Origin: Blastocystis sp. Blastoise
Taxonomy: Eukaryota > Protista > Bigyra: Opalinata
Direction of reading: 5' to 3'
Length of the DNA: 64,000 nt
Assembly: GCA_039096225.1 (NCBI GenBank)
Contig: JBBPEB010000028.1
Location: 744,001 to 808,000 of the forward strand
The notes under the pieces: generated by a model
Told to the model about the DNA's origin: nothing
Databases searched by the model: none
Seen by the model: the letters and a program-made list of their open reading frames with translations, nothing else
Part shown: positions 12,214-32,361 of the stretch, in pieces
Layout: every line of letters starts with the position of its first letter
Position numbering within the stretch: position 1 is the first letter of the stretch
Program-made: the position numbers and the translations under genes

Positions 12214-12446
12214 CACTTAAATTCAATTATAATGACAAAATGATTAGAGATAAGTATGCTTAGAAGATAGTATTATAAATAAACAATAAATAAATACTCT
12301 CTTACTGATTCTAATATCTTATAATAATAAATAATCATTAAGATAACAAAGTATAAAACTTGCACTAAAATTGTATAAAATGATTTCAGAAGATTTTCAG
12401 CAAATTTGTATTCAAGTTAATAAATACTTCTAGAAAGCTTCTTATT

Positions 12447-13254
12447 ATGTTACAATCATTTAAACGTGCTTTACCAAAGGTGAATACTTTAATCCGTGCA
12501 TTTGCTGGAGTTTCTTCAAACTTGAGTGATTATGAAATGTTAGATGTATATATGTTGTCATTCTATTTGTTTCAATTATAAATATTCAAGTTTTATGAAA
12601 ATAAACAGTCATCATTTTCTAAAAATTAAGTACTTTATTTGTTTAATAGAAATTGGAAGGTTCTAATTTTGATGCTTATGATGAAGAAGGGTTTTCAATA
12701 AATAATGTATATCATAAAGGATCAGTCATGGCGTTTAATAATAATGCATTCTTCTGGAATGCCAAGTCATTTCAAGATATTACTCCTGAATCTTTGTCAC
12801 TCATCACTTTTTATAATCCATCTATTGATATTTTACTTATTGGAACAGGAAAATCATTTGAACGAGTTCCTAAGAATGTGGAGAAATTTCTCGATGATAA
12901 TCATATTGCCTATGAATCTATGAATTCAGTATAGAATTATAATATTATATATTATATTTTTATTATTTATTTGTTTATATTTATGATTTTTATTATTTAT
13001 TTGTTTATATTTATTATTTATTTATTATTTTATTTTTATTATATTTCTATTTTATATTTATTATTAATAATATATATATATATAACATAAAAAATATCTA
13101 GGCTAGTGCATGTGCTACATTTAATTTTTTACATAATGAGAATCGTCAAGTAGCAGCAGCAATCTTAGCTATTGAATCTAAGCCTTATGTATATGATGAT
13201 GTTATAAAGAAGAATATGAATGAATTTGGTCATTCACATGAAATACAACAATAA
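12447..13254 (+). CDS. NDUFAF3: Complex I assembly factor NDUFAF3 (Mth938/DUF498 domain), mitochondrial
   Basis: Presequence-like MLQSFKRALPKVNTLIRAFA, then DITPESLSL....PSIDILLIGTG and YESMNS|ASACATFNFLHNENRQVAAAI; 3 exons; TAA 13252-13254. Confidence 0.9.
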
Positions 13255-13658
13255 ATATATATTCATATATATAATATATATAATATATATTGATTTTCCA
13301 TTCTATTGATTTTTTATTATAATTTACATATATATATATATATTATTTATAACAAGTACATAGTTAATAACATATTTTTTTAAATATATATTTTATTTTC
13401 CGTTTTCTTTTCGATTTTATTTTTTACGTATTTTCATTAAAAGTGTATAAAATTATTTTAATTGTTTTTTAAATATATACATAATCATTAGTATATTTAC
13501 GATATACACTTTGTATTATATATATTTATTGTTTAAAGTGAATAAAAGAATTGTATATTCATATATAAATCAATAAAAAAGAAGTAAATAAAAATATTTT
13601 TTTAGATATAGACAATATATAGAATAAGCGATGTATATATAAATATAAATATATATAT

Positions 13659-15093
13659 TTATGGTTTAAAATTTGTTTTATACTTATCGGCAAGTTCGTA
13701 ATAGTTCTTGAATTCATTATTTTTATGATAAGTGCAAATCTCATTTAAAACAGAAGCTACATTATTCTATATAATAATAACAATAACAAGAAGAAGAAGA
13801 CGAAGAAGAAAAAGAAGAAGAAGAATATAGAATAATAATAATAATAATAATAGTTAATAATAATAATAAATACATAATAATAATATTAATTAATAATAAT
13901 AATGTATAAATATATATACAGAAGAAATATTGGGTAAGGTAGATAATATTTCTTTTTTAGTATAATATGCTTTTTTAGAAAATAGTTTAAAGATATGTTT
14001 TCGAATATCTGACTATATAGTAAAATAGTTAATTTTATATATATATTAATAATAACTAAAAAGATAAAGTATATATATATATTATAATGATTTAAATACT
14101 TCAGACATATTTGTTTTATTCATAGGACGAGATCGAGCTAAATCAACTTTCTAAATTAATATACATAGAATAAACAAGAATCATAATAAATATTATTAAA
14201 ATACTAATAATAATAATAAACATAATAATAAACATAATAATATATACAGTTTGTTGCATTTCAGCCTTTTTAATAGAAACTTCTCTTCTACTGACATCGG
14301 TATCTAAAGTAGCACCAACACTATATATATGTTTATATATCTAGTTTACATTATATAAAATAAATAAAATAAGAATAAAAAAAAAATATATTATTTAAAT
14401 GAATATCTAGTAAACTTAATAATTATTTTATATATATAATAAAATAAAATATATATATATTTTAAAATAAACACCTATATAACAATATACCGATTATTAT
14501 CATTTCTATAATCTTGAGTAACTCGATTGACATATTGAATAGTAGATGTTGATGGTTTCATCATATATACTTTATTCTTATATCCTTCAAATACAAATTT
14601 ATCATCATTTTGATCTACAGAAAAAAGACGCATCTTTTTACAACCTTCCATTGAATCAAAATTATAAATTAAGGGGAAATTAAGTGAATCTATAGTTGAG
14701 TCAACTTTCTTTAAAGTTTCTAAATTTAATTTCATTGATATCTAAATAAAAAAACATTATAATTTTATAAAAAATATATTATTTTGAACATACTTCTTTC
14801 TTTGATGTTTGTTTCATCTGACCAACAATATCATAGGCTATAATAAAAACATATATTTAACATAAATTGACAAATAACTTGAAAATATCATTTCTATATG
14901 ATACATACAATCAATCTTATCAATATATTTTGCAATACGATTCTATTTATATAATAATTAATGTAACTCAATCAGTAATAATAACATTATATACAGGAAT
15001 CTTCACAATCAACACTGGCTTGTTCTCTATATTTGGGTCTACAGCATAAGACTTTGCATTAGTATTAATATAAGATGAATTAGATTGTTGCAT
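13659..15093 (-). CDS. GTF2F2: Transcription factor IIF beta subunit (RAP30/Tfg2)-like, multi-exon
   Basis: N-terminal KPVLIVKIP, central MRLFS...FVFEG, and a C-terminal winged-helix pattern IRKHIFKLFSKKAYYTKKEI...VLNEICTYHKNNEFKNYYELADKY. Confidence 0.7.
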
Positions 15094-15361
15094 GCTTCAA
15101 AATAAACCGATATATTTCGAAAATAAAAATACTTCTTTTTCTCATCTTTTCTGAAATGTGCTGAATTCTAATTCATAATTTTTTTTTTGTGAAAATATTT
15201 TTTCAGTCAAGAATAATCAGCTGAATAATACAGACACAAATAATGAAAACTTGCTGATTTTATCTCTTTTTTAAATAACATTAAATGAAAAAACAAGTTG
15301 TCTATTTTAGTATTATTTTGGGATTATTTTATATATTTTTCATGTTTATAGTCCTACAGAT

Positions 15362-20489
<5,128 letters not shown>

Positions 20490-21600
20490 ATAAATAATTT
20501 ATTATTCTTATTTTATTTTTTATTCTGTGCAGTTTATTATATTTAAATATTTTATTTTACAAAATCATATTTATACATATATATACTTACATTTTTCTTT
20601 TTTTCAATAGTATATAATTTCATATTCATCATAATTTTCTTTTTAATTTTTCAACAACAAGATATATACTTTAGTATTTAGTTTTTATTTATATATATAC
20701 ATAAATCAAATAGTGACTTATTATTTTTTTTCAATATTATATATATATTTATTTATTTTTATTTCTTTTGCTAATTCATTTTAACTATATAAAATTTATA
20801 TCTATAATTTATATTCTTAGTGCATATATATTATACTATATGTTTCGTCTTTATGTAATAGATTATAGCTTCTTCTTCAAATATATAATATACTCGTTAG
20901 CAACTAGTATCATTTTCTTATATTCCTTTTTTTTTTCTATTTTAAAAATTTTAAAATTTTTATTATAGTTTAATATACTAGTTTTAGAAATATTAACTTA
21001 TTTTGATAATTATATTTAATTTTCTACTTTTTATCCATTTTCTCTTTTTTTTTATTATTTCATTTTCTTTATTATATATAATAGTTAAATTATTTTCAAT
21101 TCAATAATAAGATATTTCATTTGTGACTCCTCTGTTTGTCACTTGCTCATTTTTTTCCCTTTTTTATATACTTTTCTTTTTTTTTAATTATATTTATGTT
21201 ATTATATATAATTCATTTTCTAATAGATTCCTTTTCGTTTGTATTATTATGTGTTTTGTGCGTTTGATGTTTTGTTTACATATATATTTTTATAAATCAT
21301 CCTTATATATCTAAATTATTCTAGGTTTCACTTATGATAGAAATATTTTAATGTTTGAAAATGTTTTATAATTATTAAAAATAACATGGATATTTATATA
21401 CATATTCCTTTTTCAAAAATAAAAAAGATCTAGTGATAAATATAATATAAAAAGGATATATATCACAAAAATGCTATATAGACAGTAGTTTTGAAAAAAA
21501 AATGAAGAAAAAACAAAATAAAGACTTATTAAAAAGAAAAATAAGATATAAATAATAATAATATCTGTAAATATAGAATATACATATAGATATATTATAT

Positions 21601-22253
21601 TTAACAGTGAACTTCTTCATCGAAAATCTTTTGAATATCACCACTAACTTGTTCAATAGTTTGATCAGCATTAATTCTATATATATATATTATTATTATT
21701 ATTATTTTGATAATTATTATTCATATATATATTATTATAGTTTTTGAAAATATAAAAGAATTGAGAAATATATTGAATAATAGTTTAATAACTTATATAT
21801 ATATATATACTGTCTGACCATGTTTTTAGCTCTAAATAATTCAATAACAGGTAAACTAGTTTCATGATGAGTCTTGAATCGTTTAATAAGAGCTTCAGGA
21901 TTATCATCTTCACGACCACTGGCTCTACTTCTCGACATTACACGCTCTGTCATCACTTCATCAGAACATTCTAATAAAAGAATGAAAAGAAGCTATATAT
22001 ATAATAATAATAATAATAAATAGTTATAATTAATTATATGTAAATACAAATATAATAATAACAATAAATATAATAATATATACATTAGCCTTATCACCAA
22101 CAATTTCATTCCAATCATTAAGATTTTCCATAGAACGAGGGAAGCCATCAATAATCATGTTAGGGTGACCATTATTAACATTACTTTATAGATTATTAAC
22201 ATTATTAGTACATATTATAATTAAAAAAATAATAATAAATATAATAATAATAA

Positions 22254-22288
<35 letters not shown>

Positions 22289-22832
22289 TATATATTTGAA
22301 TCTTCTTCCAAAGAAGATTGATAGTAATATGACCAGGGACAATCTTACCCTCACGAATATATTCACGAATAAGATCAGCATCCTTAGATTGAGTATATAT
22401 ATATATATATATAATAATAAAAATAATATAAAATGAATAAAATTTATATATAATAAAAATAATAATAATCAATATACGTTTGTTGTTCTTCACGTAAACA
22501 ATCACCAGCAGAAATAGGAATCCATTTATATTTAGTTTCAAGAATCTTAGATTGAGTACCCTTACCTTTATATATATATATACATTATAAACATATACAT
22601 AAGGAAAATAATAATAATAAAAATAAACATAATAATAATAATACTTACCAGAACCAGGACCTCCTAATAAGAAGATAATATTAGGCTTGACAGGTTCTTG
22701 AACTGGCTTTTCTTCTTTCTTTTCATGAGCAGCAACATACTTCTTGTAGGCAATGTAACCTAAGCCACAAGCACCAACAGTAAGAGCGACAGGTAAAGCG
22801 TACTTTTTCATATTACAGTTGTTAGCAGGCAT
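21601..22832 (-). CDS. UMP-CMP kinase (adenylate kinase family) with N-terminal hydrophobic anchor
   Basis: IFLLGGPGSG|KGTQ P-loop, ISAGDCLREE, IREGKIVPGHIT, IIDGFPRSMEN, SGREDDNPEALIKRF. Confidence 0.93.
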
Positions 22833-23396
22833 TCTTGATCAGCTATTGAAATTACCAACGAATTTTTCTCTTTAAATGAAAATAATTATAAATCATTTAT
22901 TTGAATCAACAGAAAGTTTCCATTAGAAATCTATATGTATAGAAATAAACGTTTTTCTATCATTTTTTACCGTGGAATTATTTGTTATTTGACTCTTTTT
23001 ACTGAAGAGAATCATGAGTATTATTTCGAGAACTAAAAAGGAATAAATCTTATTATTTATACATAGTTGAATTCTATATCCTTAATAAGCTGATATTTAT
23101 TTATTAGACAATGTTAGTTTTTCATCTTGTCAATAGAGTTTCAATTAATTCACAATATGTGAATCATTTTGATGTCAACGTGTTCAAAGTGCTTGTATTA
23201 ATAGTTTCTATTCTTTAAAAAGATACTTGTGACAAAACAAAAATTCAAAAACATGAAAAATAAACGAAATTTGAAAAGATAAGAAACTAGAATACATGAA
23301 GTAATTCACATGAATAGCGAAGAACATATAGATTATAAAATATAACGAAAATAATGCGTCCTATTACGAATCAAGTAAGGAAAACGAAAAAGAATC

Positions 23397-24653
<1,257 letters not shown>

Positions 24654-25069
24654 GAATTCGTAAAAGGAAGAAAAGAATTAAAAAATAAAAAGAAAAAAAA
24701 GATATCGATTTTTTTCAAAAACACACTTGGTTTATGTGTTTATTCCTGAAAAACAATGGAGTCAGTTTTTATTTTTTTTTGTTTTTTCTTATTTGTGTTT
24801 GTGTCGATATTGTTACAATAATAATGTAATAATACAATATTAATATGCATGGATAAAATGGGAATGATAAAGGTATAGACGATGAATAGTTTTAGATACT
24901 TAAAAAGCATGAGAATGAAGAAAAAACAAAAGAATGTGAACAAAATAGAAAATATTTTGTTTAATAAAGAAATAACAGAATACAGTATATTATAAATGAA
25001 ACGAGCAAGTAAGGAACGATAGAATTAAGACGATAAATAGAATTGATTAATTAAAATACATAAATGTAT

Positions 25070-26468
25070 TTACATAATACTTTGAAGTTGTTTTTTAATT
25101 TTTTCTAATGATGGTTTAAATATACTTTCTGCTTGATCTTGAGGAATAAGACTATCGCTTGGATATTGCTTTAATGCATTAATACTAATTAAAGAAAAAA
25201 ATAATATTAATATGAATAAAAAAATAGCTTATAAATATATATATATATATATACATATTATCAACTTCACGAGGAGCATTAAAATTAACTCCATAATTTG
25301 CAATTAAATTTGTACATCTATATTTATAGCATTTAATAAATTATATAAAGAATTTAATTTAATAAATTTATTGTAAATAGTATAAATAGTATAAATAGTA
25401 TAAATAGTATAAATAGTATAACTATAAATTCAAATAACATACTATAATAAAATAAACATAATAATAAATAGAATATAATAAATATAAATACAATTTTTTG
25501 AATGCCATGTAGCAATCAATAAAAGTATAGACAGGTACTGCAACATATATAGAATCACTAAGTTGATTCAAACTATTCGACTATATACATAATAACAAAT
25601 ATATATTATTCATTAAACATATCTATATATTTTATATTCAATAAGTATTTTTGAAAAATATTAATATATATAATAAACATTAAATAAAAATTTAAAAAAA
25701 ATAAATATTAATATATATATTAAACATTCAATAAATATTTTTTAAAATAAATATTAATATATATATTAAACATTCAATAAAAATTTTAAAATAAATATTA
25801 ATATATATAATAAACATTCAATAAAAATTTAAAAAAAATAAATATTAATATATATAATAAACATTCAATAAATATTTTTAAAATAAATATTAATATATAT
25901 ATATACAAGTTCAGCGATATCCTGAGTATAATTATGTTGAAGACCTTTGTCTATAGCTGTACGAGCATGAATAACAGCATTCGCATCAAAGTTCCTATAG
26001 ATAATAATCATAATGTTATATGTTAATTATAGATCATTCATTATATATACAACAAATAAAGCAATAATATTTAAAAAACACAAACAAAAAAAAGCAAAAA
26101 ACAAATACTTGGCAAAAAATTGGTTTCTAAAGGCTATCTTATCAATACCCATCGTTTGAGCTGCTGATAATTCAGCTTGGAAATAACGTCCGAAATAATC
26201 GGCAGTCATACTATTATATTCAAAATTACTGATGGATCCTTTGATATGAAAGTTTTCAATCGATTCAATAGCTAAAATGAGAGAATAAAGAACAGCATTA
26301 TTGTTTTCGTTTCGTTCTTCTTCAAGGGAATCATATGTATTCACAGGCTATATAATAAATTAAATAAAAAGAAAAGTTAGTCAATACTTCATTTGGAGAT
26401 AACCGACTTAATGGAAGCTATACCATATAGAATATGTAACTGATAACACATACATTATGACTAAACAT
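25070..26468 (-). CDS. VPS28: Divergent VPS28 (ESCRT-I subunit)-like protein, multi-exon
   Basis: YDSLEEERNENNNAVLYSLILAIESIENFHIKGSISNFEY resembles the VPS28 N-terminus (ERE.YDN.AELFA......LEKAY.KD......Y); VAVPVYTFID matches the IA..V..FI helix. Confidence 0.65.
25610..25905. repeat. Intronic AT-rich minisatellite (~45-50 bp unit, about 6 copies)
   Basis: Recurring TAAACATTCAATAAA...AAATAAATATTAATATATATA within a VPS28-like intron. Confidence 0.85.
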
Positions 26469-27073
26469 TGATTAAGTAAAAAAGCGACAATATAAACTAT
26501 ATATGAAGAAATAACTCAAATAAAAATAGTTTCAGTGATTCCTGAATTTCGATGAAATTTGCTAGAATTTTCAGTTTTGATTACTAGATATATTTTTTTG
26601 TCTAGAAACGTATATTGTTATAATTATAGTCCTTTTTATTTATGGGAATACTTAGATATATATTCTTTATCAAAATATGTATCGAGATGTACACTTAAAA
26701 CGAATCGAGTCATCAAATTAATATAAAAGTGTGGAAATTAGATAAAGAAGTTTATATATTGATAGTTTATAATTTATTCTATAATAAGCAATCAAAGATG
26801 ATTTGTTTATGCTCTTCATTTCTAGAATAATACTAGTTTCTTTTTCTACTACTTCAAAAATAGATATTCATCGGTGTATATAATTGATTTTTCGCTATTT
26901 AAAATAAGAATGAATCCAACACAACAAATATCAACAAATGAAAGTAACTTTGAAAAGAGGAAAAATAAAAAAGAAATAGAAAAAAAATAATTTAAAAAAA
27001 GACATCAGATATATATATAAGAAAATAATTTTATTCAATAATTTTGTTTTATATCTGCATTTATATATTAATT

Positions 27074-27849
27074 TTAATTGTCATGTTGACTAGTAGAATC
27101 CGGTAAAGGTGACTTTTGGCTCTATAGAAAACATAACGATTGATATATATATATGTATATAAGAATACTATAAATTATATTAAGCTAAAAAGACAATTAT
27201 ATGTATTATATATATATATACATGTTGAGATGGTGTATATTGAGAAACAAGATTTCTGAATTCATTACGTTTTTCTTCAGGAAGTGAATCCCATTCTTTT
27301 TGTTCTTCTTCTTCTCTCTTAGGAGTACGTGGCTATATATACATATTATATTTATATACATATTATATATATTTATATAACAAATAATTATTAACTTATT
27401 ATCAAATAGTTTTCTAATAATTATTAAAATATAAATCATGAGCAAAAACATTAAGAATAATAATAAAAAAAATATACGCTTTCAGAATAATCTTCATTTA
27501 GTTTACATTGAAAATAGGCTTTTTTGGCTAGAAAATCTTGTGTTACACCTAGGATTTTCTTGCTGTTATCTTCGATAAGTGTTGTACTATTCTCTTTTTT
27601 CAGTTTCTTTCCATGTTTAGGCATTTGATTGCATGCCTTCACAAACATCTGTTGACTGCGAATTTGCTCGTCAATCTCACATAAAATATCAAGTAAGTAT
27701 TCTTTCTCGTATTCTAGCATAACAATCTCATTATCTAAAAGATTGTTGGCTTTCTCAAATTCACTTATTTCTGCGCTAATCTTTTTGAATCTCTCGAGAG
27801 AATCATCATATTTGTCTTTAAAACTATTATTAGACGCTGTTTCTTCCAT
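27074..27849 (-). CDS. INO80E/Nhp10-like protein (coiled coil + degenerate HMG-box-like C-terminus)
   Basis: FKDKYDDSLERFKKI...EIVMLEYEKEYLLDIL resembles the INO80E/TFPT coiled coil; KEWDSLPEEKRNEF resembles HMG-box helix 3. Confidence 0.5.
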
Positions 27850-29052
27850 TCTTGACACCAAAACAAGTTTCTTAATATTGAATAACTTTCACTAATGAAG
27901 CCAACCAATAGATCAACCTTCCTCTATAAAAAAGAAAAAGTATACAAATCCCACACAAGATTATCGAATAATCACGAACTTTTTAAAATTCACTGAGAAT
28001 AACTCCTTATTTTCATGAATCCACGCTTTTTCGGGTTTTATAGTGTTTCTTTATTAAATAATCAGTCCCGTGTTTATTCATGATTTATTGGGTATATTTT
28101 TGTGTTGGGAAACCAGGCGAGGTGTTTATTGTGTTATCTTAACTTGATTTATTTATTGATTACATGACGAATATCACTTTTAAAAGCTTGATTTCTATAT
28201 AGTCGATTCATGTCTTCATTCTCCTGTTGATTTATTTAATATTTAAGTAAACAGTATTGTGTTTCTATCATTTTTATACAAAGAATGAAACCACTATTTA
28301 TCCGGTTATAATATGCTTATATTCATTTTAAAGTATCGTAAATATATAGAATTCACTTTATAGTTTTTTTTGTCATCGTTCAATGTTGTTTTTTTAATAA
28401 ATAAAATAATTATATAGTGAATGAAATGAAATTTCTAATTGTTTTGTCTATTTTGCATGAAGCAGTATTTAAAATAAGTCATTAATCTTATTGAGCAAGT
28501 CTAAACGTCGTTTAACTAATATTGTGAGATATATATTACTATTTTCATGTTTTATAAGAGATTTTCACTGTTCTTTAAAGATATACTATTTTTAAAGGTA
28601 TTTTTATGCTTTATAGACTGCTAATAACAACATAGGATGTAAGGAGAGGAATATTGATTACCTTTTAAAACAAATTCAACCTGATTTTCGTTATTTCAAA
28701 ACATTTCTATAAGATTCTTATATCTAATTTCTTTTATGTTATTCTTCAATCATATTATTATGAAATAAATAATACTTTTTACGATATCAAAAGAATGAGT
28801 GCCATTTTTAATCATTTTTTCTGTTCTTCTAATAATTATCTATTGAAAAATGATCATTTATTTACTTGTATTACTCAAATACATAGTAAATCAAGAGATA
28901 AAACAAAATATATTATTGATCAAAATATTCATAATAATACGAACTATTGTCTGTAATAAATGAATAAAATCGTGGAAAGTTAAAAATGAAGGGAAAACGA
29001 TATTTTTTTAGGAAACCATTTTATTTCCAATTTCTTCATAGAATTCATAAGG

Positions 29053-29755
29053 ATGTCTTTATCCTTGATAAAATCTTTATGTACTAGATGTACAAGTTTC
29101 AATCCTGTAATTAGATCTGTCAGTTGTGTTCGTTCTTTTGCTGATCAGGCAAAAGAGAAACAAGTTACGTATAAAAAGATGGAACCTGGAAATAGAAAGA
29201 AAGCTAGTGATAAGAGAAAAGCAGAATTTAAACTAGAATTACAAAAAGCTCAAGAACTCGATGAACTTGCTTTGAAAGCTGGTTTTCCTAAACCTTGGAA
29301 ATACTATGCTGGAGTGTACATATATATATTTACATAATTTTAGAAATAGATAATACATAGTCTTGTTAGTTATCACTATAATCTTCTTTTTCTATTTTTT
29401 TTTATTTCTATCAATTATTTTTATATATTGATTATAGTGTTATTGATCGTGAACCTCAAGTTTTAGCTCCATTAGAAGATTGGCAAGTTGCAATGCAAAA
29501 GATTTGGGAAGAACGTTATAATGCTAATACAAAGAAAGTTGAACCTATTTTTGATCTAGTATTTTTATATATTTATAGAATTTAATAAATTTTATTTTTA
29601 TTATATGTTATTTATAGTTGAAAGAACACAAAGTAGAAAAGAAAGAAGATGATGAAGAAGAAGTATATTATTATTAATATTTTGAGTGATTTATATATAA
29701 TTTATAGGAAGATATTAATGCTCCCCTTGTCTATGAAACTGAAGATGGTATATAT

Positions 29756-29822
<67 letters not shown>

Positions 29823-29881
29823 TTTTTTATATTAGTTTATTTTATTTTATTTTATTTTATTTTATTTTATTTTATTTTATT

Positions 29882-29912
<31 letters not shown>

Positions 29913-29914
29913 TT

Positions 29915-29949
<35 letters not shown>

Positions 29950-30159
29950 TTCATTATTATATTATCTATCCAATACTTTATAGATAAGAATAAAGTGTTA
30001 ACTTCTTTAAATCGTGATTTAACACGATATTTATATTTACTTGTAAATAGACCTCAAAAGCACCCCCTCGGGAAGGGTTGGGCACTACCCATGGCGGAAT
30101 ATATAGAAGGCGAACATCACTCTATGAGAGAAGTATTCATTATATTTATTATTGTTTTA

Positions 30160-30213
<54 letters not shown>

Positions 30214-30255
30214 TTCTATTATTATTATCATTTATATTATGACTTCATTCTCTAC

Positions 30256-30294
<39 letters not shown>

Positions 30295-30773
30295 TAGCAG
30301 AAGGTATGGCAGATGCTATAGTAGGAAAACACATGAAATTATATTTTGTTGGAAATGCACCTGTTGGATATATGGCGTATATACATATATATATATAGAA
30401 ACCTTCTATTATTATTATTCATATAGAAATATAATAAATATTTATATATATTCTATATATATATATATATAATATAGTCATCAATATTCACCTGAAGATC
30501 AAAAGAAGAATAAATGTTTTGGCTATAAAGTATATTTTATATTGTACTTTATATTATCTTCTATTTCATTATCGTCTAATTATATATTACATATATTCAT
30601 TCTAATATATATATATATATACATAGGTATATTATCATCGTGCGTTTATTGTTGATGGTACAGCTACTATTAATCCAAGAGAAGCTAAAGAATATATTTG
30701 GGTGAATGCAGATTCTCTTGTTGATTATTTAGAACCTGATACTGCGAAATACTTAAAGAGATTATTAGATTAA
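29053..30773 (+). CDS. MRPL46: Mitochondrial ribosomal protein mL46 (Nudix-like fold)
   Basis: Presequence; IDREPQV, TSLNRDLTRYLYLLV, WALP......SMRE|VAE, YFVGNAPVG, K|VYYHRA, EYIWV; TAA 30771-30773. Confidence 0.9.
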
Positions 30774-31702
30774 ATATTATATATAGTTTAACTAAATATG
30801 TTCTACTATATATATTCTTCAAGTGTATTCCTATATATATATATATCTATTTTTTATACTCTTTTCATATTCATTCTTTGTTTTATGTGCTATGTAATTA
30901 CTAATTTATATATATATTCCTTTTTTCTGGGCTTTTTCATTGTTTAAACAAAATAAATCTTTTCTAATATATATATATATATACATTTTTTATAAATTGT
31001 ATATTGAATCGTCTAGTTTCGTTTTTCTTTTATTAAAAAACATTATTAATAGTCATATATCACTTGATACACTTTTCAATATATCAAAAATGGTCATTAT
31101 TTGTATTTTCAATAAGAATAATGATGTGAAAGTGTAGTCATTCTGATAATATTTTAGACAAAATCTTTTTATTGCCTTAACAAAATATAGTTCCTTTATA
31201 AACAATAACTCATCTTATAAGTTATATTTATTATAGGTGAAAGAATAGCAATGCATATAAATTCACATGACAATTTAAAATATAAAAAAACAATAGATTG
31301 AGTAATAACAAGAGAAGAAAAGAATGTCTAATCAATAAATCAGTTTATTATTTATATAGTCATAGTTTGTACATACTATTATTGATACTTCTGAGCATTG
31401 AGTCATATTTATCTTGATTTCATCTATGTTTAAAGCAGTGCGACGCTCATCAAATAAAAGAATCTAACAATTCAGATTAGTTTTCAATTCTATTTAGCTT
31501 CTTGATATAACCATTATTGATCTAATATATTGTAGGCAGTATCTCATAACATAACACATTATACAATCAAAAACAGAAAGAAAATGAATTCACATGAAGA
31601 GTAACTTTATTTGACTGATAAATGAAAAGAAAATCTTGGTAATTCTTAAAACAAAACATAAAATTTATTAATCTGAATAATTTGAATATACTAATAATAG
31701 GA

Positions 31703-32139
31703 ATGGTAAATATGATTGAATATTGAATATAACATGATATAGTCTAAGGAAGTCATATTAGATTTACAAAAATATAAAGGTCAAGGTGTCCGAATCAAGT
31801 TTATTGGTGGAAGAGAAATTACTGGAGTTCTTAAGGGTTTTGATCAACTTTTGAACATTGTCCTAGAAGATGCCTCAGAATATTTGAGAAGTATATATCT
31901 GATATTGTTATTTATAGGATATGGATATGTTTTTGATGATACAATTATAATTATGAATGATATAAGTTCAGTGTTTTCATATTTATTTAGATGCTGAGGA
32001 TCCTGATAGTATTACTACAGAAACAAGAAAGATAGGAATAGTTGTATGTCGTGGAGTGTCGATTATGTCAATAAATCCTATTGTTGGTATGAAAGAAATA
32101 GAAAATCCTTTTGCTGCTGTGAAAGAAGGAGATATATAA
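31703..32139 (+). CDS. LSM7: U6 snRNA-associated Sm-like protein LSm7
   Basis: M|SKEVILDLQKYKGQGVRIKFIGGREITGVLKGFDQLLNIVLEDASEYLR|DAEDP...TRKIGIVVCRGVSIMSINP..GMKEIENPF. The first coding exon is inferred to be ATG only. Missed by the ORF track. Confidence 0.93.
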
Positions 32140-32361
32140 ACAAATTGTTGCTATACTATAAAGAAATTCATAAATTGAAAGAATAATTGTTGATGTTTTA
32201 TTGTTTATTAGTTTTGTTTGATGGCAGAGTAGATATTTAGATTGTTTCTACTCATAGAAGAGAATTCTTTGTTTCTTGACAAATAGTATTTATTAAACAA
32301 AAAACATTTTGAACACAATTGATGATAAACTCTATTTTTTTATTATTTTTCAATTAACAAT

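Noticed and set aside
31110-31150. C/D-box-like words (ATGATG...CTGA) in intergenic DNA
   Set aside because: Too short and expected by chance at this AT content; no terminal stem or recognisable guide. No tRNA or rRNA was recognised in the window.
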